Source: Anthoceros angustus | Taxonomy: Eukaryota; Plantae; Anthocerotophyta | Direction: 5' to 3' | DNA length: 64,000 nt | Assembly: GCA_010909165.1 (NCBI GenBank) | Contig: MU008154.1 | Location: 496,001 to 560,000, forward strand | In this document: positions 1 to 11,730 of the stretch, piece after piece | How positions within the stretch are numbered: the stretch's first letter is position 1 | Layout: each line of letters starts with the position of its first letter | The notes under the pieces: generated by a model | What the model was told of the DNA's origin: nothing | The model's database searches: none | What the model saw: the letters and a program-made list of their open reading frames with translations, nothing else | Program-made: the position numbers and the translations under genes

Positions 1-780
1 TGTCATGAAGGCTTGCTGAAGGAGGGGCAGAGGTATTTCAAGATGATGGTGGAGGAGCAGGGCATTGCACCCACAGATTCTCACTACAACTGCATGGTTG
101 ACCTTCTTGGGCGGTCAGGCCGTCTGGACGAGGCAGAAAGTATGCTGCGGACCATGCCTTTTGAGAGCGAGTTTGTCGGATGGACATCCTTGCTAAGTTC
201 GTGTAAAAGCTACAGTGACATAGAGCGGGGAAGGAGATGTTTTGACCGTCTGACAGCATTGGAACCAGGAAACGCAGCTGCCTATGTAGCCTTAGGAAGC
301 ATTTATGCCAAAGCTGGCAGGTGGAAGGATGTAGACACGATAGAGATGCTGAGAAAGTCAGCAGCTGCTTGGAAGAAGCCCGCCAAGGCATGCATCGAAG
401 TGAAGGATGAAGTGCACGAGTTCACTGTTGGAGAGGAGAGGCCTGATATTTCATCAGCGTTGAGGAGCATGAACTCTCGTGTGAAGGACGAAGGGGGCCA
501 TGTTCCTCAGACAGAAGTCGTGCTGAAGGCCATGTCTGACAGTGACAAGGAAGATGCACTGTGTGGACATGCTGAGAAACTGGCCTTGGCTTATGGTCTC
601 CTGAACACTCCCGGTGGCACAACTTTGGTAGTAACCAAGAACCTCCGGATGTGCAATGACTGCCACAGCAGCACCAAGATCCTGTCACACCTGGAGAAGC
701 GAGAGATCGTTGTAAGAGATGCGCACCGTGTGCATCATTTCCTGGACGGGTCGTGTTCTTGTGGGGATCGGCACCAATGA
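1..780 (+). CDS. PLS-class PPR protein with E and DYW:KP (DRH-type) deaminase domain; 5' part lies upstream of the window
   Basis: Frame is open from base 1. PPR motif HYNCMVDLLGRSGRLDEAE; E-domain WTSLLSSC...AAAYVALGSIYAKAGRW; KKPAKACIEV in place of the PG box; HAEKLA and CNDC zinc-deaminase motifs; ends SCSCGDRHQ*. Confidence 0.95.
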   Translation, partial: CHEGLLKEGQRYFKMMVEEQGIAPTDSHYNCMVDLLGRSGRLDEAESMLRTMPFESEFVGWTSLLSSCKSYSDIERGRRCFDRLTALEPGNAAAYVALGSIYAKAGRWKDVDTIEMLRKSAAAWKKPAKACIEVKDEVHEFTVGEERPDISSALRSMNSRVKDEGGHVPQTEVVLKAMSDSDKEDALCGHAEKLALAYGLLNTPGGTTLVVTKNLRMCNDCHSSTKILSHLEKREIVVRDAHRVHHFLDGSCSCGDRHQ

Positions 781-864
781 CAGGACGGAGGCTACAAGGA
801 AATTCGGAACTGACATTTAAATAGTGATTAACGAGTGCGTATGATGAAAGGGAGATCCTTGATC

Positions 865-1095
865 CCGATCTCTGTGAGCGGGCCATTTGCCGTGGGCTCA
901 CGAATGTCAGTTCCGGGTTCTCTTGTAGCCTCCGTTCTGGCTTTATTGCCGATTTTCACAAGAACGAGATTCGTTGGCCATTCACATTGGGCTCACGGGG
1001 ATGTCAGGGTTTTCTTTAGCCGCCGTTCTGGCGTACCCAGTCCCGATCCCCACAAGAACAAGACCCCTTGTAAATGGCCCGCCCACAGAGATCGG
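865..1095. repeat. 24-bp inverted repeat pair flanking a 231-bp segment (MITE-like)
   Basis: ccgatctctgtgagcgggccattt (865-888) versus aaatggcccgcccacagagatcgg (1072-1095): one mismatch in 24. No target-site duplication found. Confidence 0.6.
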
Positions 1096-1307
1096 CTCGA
1101 GTCCTCCACAATGGCATCCCGAGGGTGAACTGCGTAGCTCAACCGGTCACACAAGATGCCTACAGACATGAGGTTACAAGATGCCGGCAGATGGTATCCC
1201 AACACAAAATGCCTACAGGATTGCGATTCCTACAAAAACACCAGCATGATTTTTTCTGCTGCTTACAAGCCTACCAGATTCCCTCCTACATCCTACCAGC
1301 AAGCTGG

Positions 1308-1382
1308 TCCCAGTGCTACCTATAGCAGCTACCAAAAAGATAGCAGCTACCTTTTTGGCAGCTGCTACAGGTAGCTCTGGGA
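1308..1382. repeat. Imperfect palindrome/hairpin, ~32-bp stem with an 11-nt loop
   Basis: tcccagtgctacctatagcagctaccaaaaag-atagcagctac-ctttttggcagctgctacaggtagctctggga; three non-Watson-Crick positions. Confidence 0.8.
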
Positions 1383-1617
1383 TTTGACGTAGCCCGGATT
1401 ACAGGCTGCTTGGCTACGTCTGTCCACCTACGCCTATATATGTAGATTAATGAGTGGGTATTAGTAAGACGCAAACCTAATGTATGGTGTGAGACAAGGA
1501 GGAAGTGACCGTTGATTACGTGCTGCGAGATTTGGAGAAAAACGACGTGGAGGAGTGTTACATGTACAGAAGAAGGATACAGGCCTCGTGGTGCTGGATG
1601 TTGTTGCATCCAGCACT

Positions 1618-4600
1618 ATGGATGCTGTGGTTGCCGCGGCTGTTGAGGAAATAGCACTGGAAGGACCGTCAGGTTTGCCATTTGGTTGTTGCTTGTGAAA
1701 GTTGTGGCAAATTTGTGTGTTTTCTGTGGAATTGCGGAACCTCAAGGTGCAGGGGCGGCTGCAGGGTGCCCGTTGCCCAAATTATGGGGACTGTTGCAAG
1801 GTGTCGCTGTGAACTCGGAGTTTCCGCTGAATGGGGATGGCAAGCAATTGGTGTGGCAGGCGTTGGTCAATGTGCCGGGTCTGGTTCTGCTTGGCTGGAA
1901 GCTGGGGGAGGAAGAATGTCCTCAGCCAGATCCCGTTCCGGCATCAGGTGCGGCTTTCCAGAATGTGAAGGAGGTGGAGAGGTTGGGTTTGCTGGTTCTG
2001 GCACCTGCGACCCTGCGTGATGCTTGCTTGGGAGTGTATGACCTGAAGCAATCCGACTCGCACATCTCCGATATCCAGCGCGAGGTTTTGGAACGGCTGG
2101 CTAAAGCAAGGTTGGCTCCGTTTGCAGTACGTTTGGGCGGCTAAGGGGCTGTGATGGGAGGACCAGGTCTGTTTGTCGGATTTTGTGTACTACCTGGACT
2201 GAGGAGAGGATGTGGTTCTGCAGATATGAAGGTGTCACACAGAATGTGCTCGCCAAAGAGTTCAGCAAAGACAATAATGCCATGTTCTACGTCCTGAAAA
2301 GCTTGGAGACGAGAGGCTTGCTGGTGAGGCAGTCTACAATTGTCCGGAACAAGGACGTCGAGCCAAACAGACACGGTTCTATTGTGGCAACCAACTTGGT
2401 CCACCTCACGCGGTTTGCGAAAAACCTTACCCTAGCTTCTCACCAGCGGTTTGAGATCTTAAAACCGTCCAGCAGCCACGAGCCAGCGACGGATGCCAGA
2501 TCTGAAGCTCTAGCTGGAAAGGACAGCATGATTTCACAGACTTGCATTGTGAATGATGATTTTCCCGCTATGAAGATTGTCTGTGAGAAGCTGGAAGCAG
2601 CAGCTGAAAAGGTAGCCTTTTGGTTTTCCCTGTGCGATCGGTAGGCTTCTATGTCTATTGCAGAATTGGGAGGATGTCGAGTGGTCGCATGCTGCTAAAT
2701 CTCACGTGAACAACCCTGGTGGCTTTGAAGGTGCTTGTTGTATCAGACGTGAAGCTTTCGCTGGGCTATCGACTTGCTGCAGGACATCGGACTTGGCGAA
2801 GGGTATGTTCCACTGAGATTTAAGGGGTTGTCTGAGTTGGCCGTCTGAAGTACTAGATGAAGTAGGAGTTTCTGATTGATGGGTTGCTATCTGAAACCAG
2901 CTTTTAATTCGTGTCCTCAACAGCTTGTGAAGAGGCTCCAAGATGCTGGGTTGGTCGAATCCTTCAATGCTCAAATTGACGGGAAGGTGAGGTCCCTTAG
3001 TCCATGTTGGTGTTGGTAAGGCTTGTGCAGAATAGGGGGACATGTAATAGAACTGATTTCCTGGTATCTGAGTGACTGAAAACTGTTGTAACTACACGCA
3101 CAGGCTGGTTTACCCAACTCATGTGGATCTCCTGGTAACTTATGCAGGTTGTAGCCTGCCTGAAGTTGTTGAAATCTTTTGACGCAAAATCTTTTCATGC
3201 GAGCAATGAAGAAGTTGACAGCGATTCTGTGAGAGCTGGCAAGCGAGGGCAAGTGACAGAGCAGCTAGCAGAGCTTCCAATAGACCATCAGCTGTACGAG
3301 TTGATAAAAAATTCAGGATCAGAGGGTCTGCACATGGCGGAGGTGAGTAGCTTGATGAGTTGTTTTGCTACCATGGTACTTCTCTCATGCATCTCTCCAC
3401 TACTTTGGAGGTTCATTAACCTCGGCATTTCTTGTTGCTCGTTTGTATAGGCCTGTAAGTGGTATTAAGAGTCCTTTTGATTTGCCAGGCCCTGAAACGT
3501 CTTGGTCTCCGTAATAAAAGAAACTACTACCGAGTGACAACTATGCTAGCAAAGCAAGTGGTGATAACTGAAGCCGAGACTGTCAGGAAGACAACTTTGT
3601 ATAGACTACGAACACCTGAGCATGCTTCTGCTTCCACAGATCCCACAGCCCAAGGCGCAAGCACCTCTTTGCCTCTGGCTGGTGGTCGTGCAGAGAAGCG
3701 TCCTGCATCTTCACAAGAGGGTGCTTCAGAAAAACCTGTGGTTTTGGAAAAACACAATTCTCAGCAAAAAGGTGGCACACCTCGTGGGCTACAGGCAGAA
3801 GGGTCTATTTGCGCAGCGGTCTTGACCTCGTCTGATCTAGATTTGCAGGATGGGAGCCTCAATCAGGTGAAGCGGGCAAAACGTAGAAGACTGGCTGAAG
3901 CTATGGATGGGGGTTCTGCAAACAAAAATATTGTTGTTACGAGCAGGACAAATGCTCAAAGAGAGCTGCGCATACTTAAACGGCTTAAGGTACTTGTGTC
4001 CCTCATGACGTTTTTTTTGGGTTTGTGGACTTGGCTCAGTGTAGGCTAATAGTATCAGCATGATTCATTCACAGCTGCTGCTCCGTAGCGATAGCTGGTT
4101 GGTGTGTTCTACACGCAGAACTGAAAATGCAGTGAACTAACATGTGAACAAATATTAGGCCGAGGGCTATCTTCTGCGGGTTGAGTTACATAGGTGGCTT
4201 GAGGATATTGAGGACCGGAATGGGACTGTGATGGACAGGAAAACACTGGGTCGTCTCCTGCACAGGTTGGAATCCAGGGGTGCTTGCAAGAGCATGAAGT
4301 TGAGCATGCCTGGTCTAACAAACTGTGGTCGCAAGCGGGAATCTGAAGTGATAATTAGTCCGGACATTGAAGTGACATCAGATTTAGTGAAGCAGTTCCA
4401 CCTATCTGTGAGAAAATTTGACGCTGAATCAAGAGGACAGGGTATATGTCGTACAAAAAACTTAACTGGAGTACCTGTCCTCACTGGCGTGGTAACGAGG
4501 ATGAATCAGCAAAAGAAGCCCCCTTTTATAGGGGTAGATCCACTGCAGGGGAGGTCCCTTAAGGATAATGGATTCATTCCGGCAAAGATGGTTCGTGTTC

Positions 4601-7600
4601 GCATGCTGCACTACTACTTGTGGACTTATGTCAACAGTTGTACTGAGACCAAGGACGACCTGGTTCTGGAGAAGGAAGAGGCGAATGGTGATTCCCCAGC
4701 CAATTGCAATTTTCCCGACAAGTGCAATACATTTGTTCTATCCGCTGCAGTTGCAGCAATGCCACTGGAGCTTTACTTGCAAATAATTGGTTCGACCCAG
4801 AATGTTGAGAGATTGCCTGAACGCTGCAAGCAAGGGGTGCGCATGTCTGACATTTCTAGCGAGGAGCTCAATACACTTGTGGAGCGCACCTCAGGGGCAA
4901 GACTGTCTTGGCTGGTGGATATACTGTGTCGGTTGCAGGTGAAAGCATCAACTGGGTCACCACTGTTGTTTATCTGTGCCAAATCTGTCTGGTGTCCACC
5001 AGACTCACAAGAAGCTTTCCTCGCATGATCTGTCTCTGTGATGTGCAGTTGGTCCAATTGAAGATGGGAAGAGGGCAGATTTCATGTAAGCATGGCCCCT
5101 TGGGTACAACATCAACTTCTTTGTCTTACGCACTTGAGCTAAAACCGTGGATTGAAGAGCCTGCAACACAAGCACTCCCTTCATTCAGCAGTGATGTATT
5201 TTCCATGGAACGACATAACTTTGTTTTGTCAAACAAGGAGGATTTGGATGCTTATTGGCAGACACTTGAGTATGTCTGCTCTGGAGCTGATCCTGGAATG
5301 GGCAGGAGAGCATTTCCAGGCTCGAAAGTCCCGGAGGTAAGGGAATCTGGTTTTTCTGTTGTGTTGAAAACTGCGGTGTACTCTAGAGCTTGTTTTTAGT
5401 CGATTTTTGGAGTGTGGTTGCTGGTGTAGAGCCGTTCCCTATGTGCTGGCGGGATGAGCTGTATTATGTGTTACTTTTATTTAGAGACCTTTCTGGTTGG
5501 CAACAAGCATCTAGACTCCCTCTGTGTTGCATGCTTTTTTGAATATTCTTGAGCTGGGCAATCTTGGACTTTTGGATGGGCAGCGAGTTCCGAGCAGCAT
5601 AATATTGTCCTAATAGGTTTGCAATGGTTCTTGAAGTTATTTTGTGTACGATCGTGGACTTCGATACGGATAATGAGCATAGAACAACGGAGAGAACTCT
5701 TCGAGCGAATTGGTGCGGGTGGTCCTGAAACGCGAAAGTCAGCAGATGAATGTGCAAAGATTGCCAGGGATCTGAATTTGACTGTGGAACAGGTATTTTC
5801 TCTCTGTAACCAACAACTGCGTGGGATTTTAACTCCTGCCAGTTCCCACTTCCATTCAGCATCTAGTGATGGTTTATCATTAGTGGGTTTTTACTGCTGG
5901 TTGTTTAGCTGTAATAGATCCATTACGATTTTGTACTTTGTATCACCCAGGTGCTCAGGGTATCTTACGAAAAGAACAGAAAGGTCCGGTTACAGGCCTT
6001 GGCGCAAGCAGCAGCAGAGAGTGGAACCTTGCCAGAGGCTAGTTTTAGTGAGAATGGCAAGGTTCTGCCTAGGAAGCGAGCTGGCATAGAAACAGCAGTG
6101 TCTGAGCCGGCACATGTTAGGGCATTTAAGAGGCAGCGTCGACTTCTTCTTGATGCTTCAACTGTCATGGCCCCTGCCCCTGCATCTCAGTCTGAATGCG
6201 AGCAGACACCTGCAAGAAACGTCGAGGAGGGGAACCAACTGTCTCAGGAAGAAGAGGAGGAAGAAGAGGAGGATGAGGATGTCTGTGGCCAGGAGGAGGC
6301 GCCTGGCAGTTGTGTAGCTTACTTGAGACCTTCACGCTCAAGAAGATTTCCGTGGTCGGACAGGCTGGACAGGTGAGACGTGCTTTGAGTAGTTTGTGGA
6401 ACATTGGAAGGGGCCGTACTGAGCTGCCAACTGAAGTCTGGAACATTTCTGTTTGCTTCTTGCAGAATTCTGATTGCTTGCTATTCTAAGCAGCGTGCTA
6501 TACTGGGAGCTCGGCACCATCGTGTTGATTGGGGTAAAGTACCTGGGCTTCCTGCAAAACCCACATTATGCCGCCGAAGAATGGCACTGTTGCGAACAGA
6601 TGCAACTGTGCGGTCAGCTATTTCCACCTTTTGTTCATTGCTCTCTGCAAGATATTTGGAATCCCTTGAGATATCTAGAGCTGGAGAGGGTCAGAGAGAG
6701 TCTCAACATGTGAGGAGACCCATTACTGGCTCTAAAAGTCTTGGCTTAGTCTTAAGTTCGGAACCTGCTACTTCACCAGTGGAAGTAGCAGATCTGGCGG
6801 AAGATGGCAGTACACAAGGATCTAGTTGTTCAACAAGTCTTGTTGGAACTAAGAAGGGGCAGTTCTCAACTTGGGACAACTTGGAAGATATGCCAGTCTT
6901 GCTGGGGCTTGAGGAGGTCATGAGATGCAAGATTGAAGCACGAGCTAGGAGGCTTAGTGGTGCAATTGGACGAGGGGCAACAAAGAACAAGATTGGAGTC
7001 CTACAGCGAGAATCAGCTCAGAAGCATAGTTTAGAAAACTTTGATGTGGATGCTTCACATCTCCAGGCTCCTGCATCATCTTTCAAATCCCGCTGTCCAT
7101 CAAAGATTGACAACCCTGTTTTGAGTGTTCGTGCCCGCCCTGGAACTGGAACACGTGCAGTTCGATCACGGGCTCGACCCAGACCAGTGTTGAAGCCTTT
7201 GCTTTCCCTGCCCAGTACTGATGAGATAGTTCGAAGCTCCCTTAGAGTGGCAAATTGTATTGAACTTCTCAAGCTAATTCTGCTCAATTCTGGTGCAATG
7301 GATCGAGAGTCTTTGGTTGACGCTCTGAAGAGATATAAGCATGGAGATGTATTGACAGCATTCACTTTTTTACGATATCATGAGCTTGTGGTAGGTACAC
7401 TTGCATGTCTCTTGTTTTGCCGTTCAGGTTACTGACTTGTAAAGTTTGAAGGGAATGTTTCAGCCCTGTGGGTTCTGGTCGAGATGTGGACATGAGAGGG
7501 GACCTTATACTTTTTGTGCATGATAACAGGATGTAGCTCATGACAAGAAGCAGTTTATTCTCTCTCCCAAATTTCATCATAGCTGTTCGGCTTCCCAGTT

Positions 7601-9738
7601 TCCATCTGGTACAGGCGAGGAGTCCCTCAGCACTGAAGCCTGGCTGAAGGAACATGGTAGAGCACTTCAATCAGAGTGGGTCACATTGTCCCCTGAACAG
7701 ACATGTGGCCAACTTTTACATCTTTTTGGTCTGGTAGCAGGAGGACAGTTTGTTTTGGCTCCTTTCTTGCCAGATGAAGGCATTGGAGAGAGTGAAGAGT
7801 ACACAAACATGGTTGCTGGCACAAAAAGAAAGGCGGACTCAGATGGTGATCATTGCTCCACAAAACCTAGGATTCAGCGACATGAATCGCAGTGTCTCAA
7901 TTTACGACGAGAGAGAGGTTATCCGGGGATCACAGTTTCAATCCATCGAGCTTCTTCGGCACAGTCACATGAAATGGTAGCATGGGATGTAAGGAATGGA
8001 ACCAGCCATATTGTAAAGAATATGGACAGCCAGGATTTGCAGGTGGAATCCAGGTCAGATAAGAATATCTCACAAGAGGTGTGTGAACGTTCAGGGTCAC
8101 ATCTTGTGTCAGGTCTGTCAGAGTCAATACCTAGTGGTGCCCAAAGCATGGACACTAGCAAGAGTCTGCTGGACAAATGTATCGACCACTGGTGCTCAGA
8201 TTTTAATGGAGCTCATCAATCAGGAGCATCTTCTTTGAACCCATGTATGCTAAAAGCAATCTTCCATGCAATTGAGCAAGCAAGTGATGAAGGTTTGAGC
8301 ATGGATCAGTTGCTGCTTGGCATTAAGCAGAAAGGTACTCTAATCTTTTTCTGCTTGCGCGCACAGAGCTTTGGAGTTCCAAAAGCCTAGGATGTAAATA
8401 CTTAGAGTGAATTTTGCAGGTGGCTATCATGATGACAATGTGACCATGAAGCACGCTGAGGCGCATGTGGAAGCTTTGTTGAGTTTCGAGTTGGTACAGA
8501 AGGCAAGAGTAATCCTTGCATTTAGAATTTGCTTGTTAGTCAAAAGAATTTGTTAGAATTTGCTTGTTGTTCTTTTGGATAGGATTTGATTTGTGTTGCT
8601 TTATATTCAACAATTGTGGTGCAGGTGAATGCATTCGATGATGTGCGCATAGTTTCTGCTCAATATGCTGAACAGTATATGCTCCATTTCAAGGCTCCAA
8701 CAGCTTGCGTTCAGATTGAGGTACCTTGTTATCCAAAACTGGAGCACTGCTGAACTGGCTGAGGTCTTGTATCTCCTTGGCACTCATTAATGCGTTTTTA
8801 TTGAAATTGCAGAGTGATGGATCTAGCTTGATGCCAGAAGCTGGAAATTCAGAAGCTGCTACTTCGCAGGAAGGCAATCCCCACTTACCAGCTTCACCTA
8901 GAGACGTGCTGGAAGGTTCGGACGGTTGTGCAAATCCCATGATGATCCGCAACTGCAGGATGTATACCCTAAAATGTGAATGTGGTTTCTGTGACAGGCG
9001 TGAGTACAGTTTCTGCGGGAGCACCAGATGTGGTAGTAAACTCGTGCACAGGAGTGGGCACAGGAGATACTTCTAATTGCAACTCGAAAGTGAACAAAGA
9101 CACGGTCGATGAGACTACGCGAATTTTCCCCATACGACCATGGCTAACTTCAGATGGCGGATTGAACACAAAATTTATGAAGGCAATGACTCGGAGAGTG
9201 ATGGGCATTATTATGCTGAATCCTGGAATAACTGAGGTAGGGTACAGCGCTGGTCGGATGCATCTTTGCTTCCGCTTCAATATTTTTGGCTTATTTGCTC
9301 GCCGGTTGTTGAGTGTATTTGACAACCCTTTCGAACTTTGCAGGATCTACTTGTCGAGAACATGGGGGTGCTCAATCCTCAGGTATATGACTAGGATAAA
9401 TGGTTGGATGTCAGATACAGCGAGATCTCATAGATGACGTTTCTGTTGTGTACTCCTCAATCATTCTTCACAGTTTGTGCGACCTTTACTGCCATTTTAA
9501 GCGTCTATACTCATCACCAGGTTACTCTTGTTTTCTGCAGAATGCTAGGGAGTTTCTCCAGACGCTGGAGGCTGCTGGGCATTTGCATGTGAGGTCAAGG
9601 CTACAGGCTCAAACAGCGTCCCCTCCTCACTTGCTTTCCACTTTGATGGGCTCAGACGTAAAGAAGGCTTTGGAGGCTAAGAAGACAAACCGAGTCAAGC
9701 ATTATTATCCAAATCCGCTTGATTCGAAGTTGTTATAA
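1618..9738 (+). CDS. GTF3C1: Multi-exon TFIIIC B-block-binding subunit (GTF3C1/Tfc3 homolog)
   Basis: ATG at 1618 gives MDAVVAAAVEEIALEG, similar to plant TFIIIC N-termini. Exon 1 donor at 1673, exon 2 starts at 1765 in frame (GCPLPKLW). Winged-helix-like segments (NAMFYVLKSLETRGLLVRQ; DRKTLGRLLHRL), RRFPWSDRLDR and RIFPIRPWLTSDG; last exon ends HYYPNPLDSKLL* at 9738. Internal exon boundaries were not all resolved. Confidence 0.85.
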
Positions 9739-10160
9739 TTTTTGTACAATAGGAAGGAGGATTTTTGTATAGTACGCATTTCTTGCTGCAAAATGCTAGA
9801 AAGTTTTCTCAGATGCTGGAGTCTGCTGGGCATTGGCGTGTGAGGAGGTGAAGGCGACAGGCTCAGACAGCGTCCCCCCGCCCTCGCTTTCTACCTTGAT
9901 GGGCTCAGACGTTAAGAAGGCGTTGGAGGCCAAGAAGACAAACCGATTCAAGCATTATTATCCAAATCCGCTTGATTCGAAGTTGTTCTGATTTTTGTAC
10001 TCCAGGAAGCAGGATTTATGTATAGAACACATTTTTTGCTGGAGAATGCTAAAAATTTTCTTCACATGCTGGAGTCTACTGGGCATTTGCATGTGAGGTA
10101 CGGGCTACTGGCGCAGTGCAACCCCTCGCCGCTCACTTTCCGCCTTGATAGGGTCGGATG
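9541..10160 (+). repeat. Tandem triplication (~250-bp period) of the terminal exon and 3' flank of the TFIIIC gene
   Basis: aatgctagggagtttctccagacgctggagg... (9541), aatgctagaaagttttctcagatgctggag... (~9792) and aatgctaaaaattttcttcacatgctggag... (~10045). Copies 1 and 2 share aagcattattatccaaatccgcttgattcgaagttgtt; copy 3 is partial. Confidence 0.9.
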
Positions 10161-10514
10161 TTGAAACGGTTAACTGTGTACGTTGTTGTTCTTCGAATCT
10201 CTTCGATTCAAATGTAATATACTTTTTGTACAAAAGCAAGGAAGATTTTTATATACTGCCGCATTTTACTTCGCCCAAAGTGGGGATGTGGTTTGGGAAG
10301 GTACACGTCAGATCAACATTGTGATCGTCAGTAGTAAAAAAATCATGTACAGTGGTTACAAGGTAATAGTGAAGGAGAGACAAAAGTCACGACTACACCC
10401 ATAACATCGGGACAGACGCGTTGGACTTTTGATGTTAGTTTCAAAACTGGAGCTGGAGCGAGCTCAGGTCAGTGGCTCCAGCCCTTAGCAGTATATGGTT
10501 GTCACCCGTAGAGT

Positions 10515-11730
10515 CTAACAAAAACTTAGAATCCCATCCAGCACTCTACAATCTAACAGCTGGAGCAGTTGCAGCTCCGCTGCCACCAGTCTTCTTGACG
10601 ATACACCTGTGCAGACTCCCATCTCCGTGGCTCGGGGGATGATGGACTGCTCATCATCTAACTTTGCAGCTAACCATAAACAGGCAGCTAACATGTGACG
10701 AGTGATGTCGCTCGTGAGCTGAGACAACTGCAACGCGCGGGCTGCCCGTCTGAATATTCGCAAAGCAATTGTGATCACTCGGGGGCTGCTGAAGCCCAGA
10801 TTCCAGTGCCATCTGATGAGAACCCTTTCAATCCTGCCATCCTCCATGAACGTACCCTGCTCTTGGACACGTTCCAGTAATCTCCTCACGGAAGGCTCAT
10901 GGCATCGCCTCCTCTTCGGCGGGGCAGTCCCGTACACTGGAGGATATGAACAACTGGCTTCCTCCGGCGGACAACAGCTCTCTCGAGAATCTTTTACGTC
11001 CTGAGATAAAGCAGGGGCACACAAACCGACAGTCAGATCGATAGCGGATAAAATCGGAAAGTTCCAGTCTCACCAGCTTCACCACGGGGGTTCAGGGTGA
11101 CCACGGAGGTCGTAAACAAGACCAGGGAGGGAAGTTGGAACTCACCAATACCACAGACTGCTCGTTGTCGTGTACTTGTTCCACAGTGGTGATGCAAGGT
11201 GACCGCGGGCAGGACAGCACGCTCTGCGGTGAACGATGTTGCATTTCTTGCTTCGAATGAGCTCCATATTTCCTCTTCCGCGCTCGACCGCTTTCCTCTG
11301 CTGCGCTCTTCCCACAGCAGGGCTCCATATCACCAAACGTCTCCCCTTGCTCAGACGCCGGGGACGCGGCACAGGCTTGGTCCAAGCATTGTTGCTGACT
11401 AGGCTGTTCTCCGTCGGCATCTGGGGTGCCCGGGGCCATGGCAATTTCCGCAGGGTCGCAGCCAGGACAGAGACAGTTGGTGGGCTTGGGATGATCCCCT
11501 GTCGCTACCCCGAGCGTCACCCCGCTGCAGATCTGGCACAGAATAGACCTCGTATGCCGCGCTACAAGAAAATTGGCTCCATGAACCGCAGCGTCACAGT
11601 TCCAGCAGAGGTAAGCCTGATCAGCGGAACACAACACCACCGCTTCCACCCCACACAGCTCACAAGGCCTCCCCTTACACGCCCCAACACGAGCATTTCC
11701 CAACGCCTCCGCCACCTCGGTCCCTTCCAT
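10515..11730 (-). CDS. BBX32: Single B-box zinc-finger protein with a C-terminal cyclin/TFIIB-fold-like domain (BBX32-like); 2 exons, ~356 aa
   Basis: B-box CELCGVEAVVLCSADQAYLCWNCDAAVHGANFLVARHTRSILC. Exon 1 is 11730-11146 (585 nt), GTGAG donor at 11145, phase-0 intron to a TCTCAG acceptor at 11001, exon 2 is 11000-10515 (486 nt) in frame. The C-terminus (WHWNLG...MLAACLWLAAKLDDE...TGVSSRRLVAAELQL) resembles the BBX32 C-terminus as I recall it; the symbol means BBX32-like. Confidence 0.75.
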
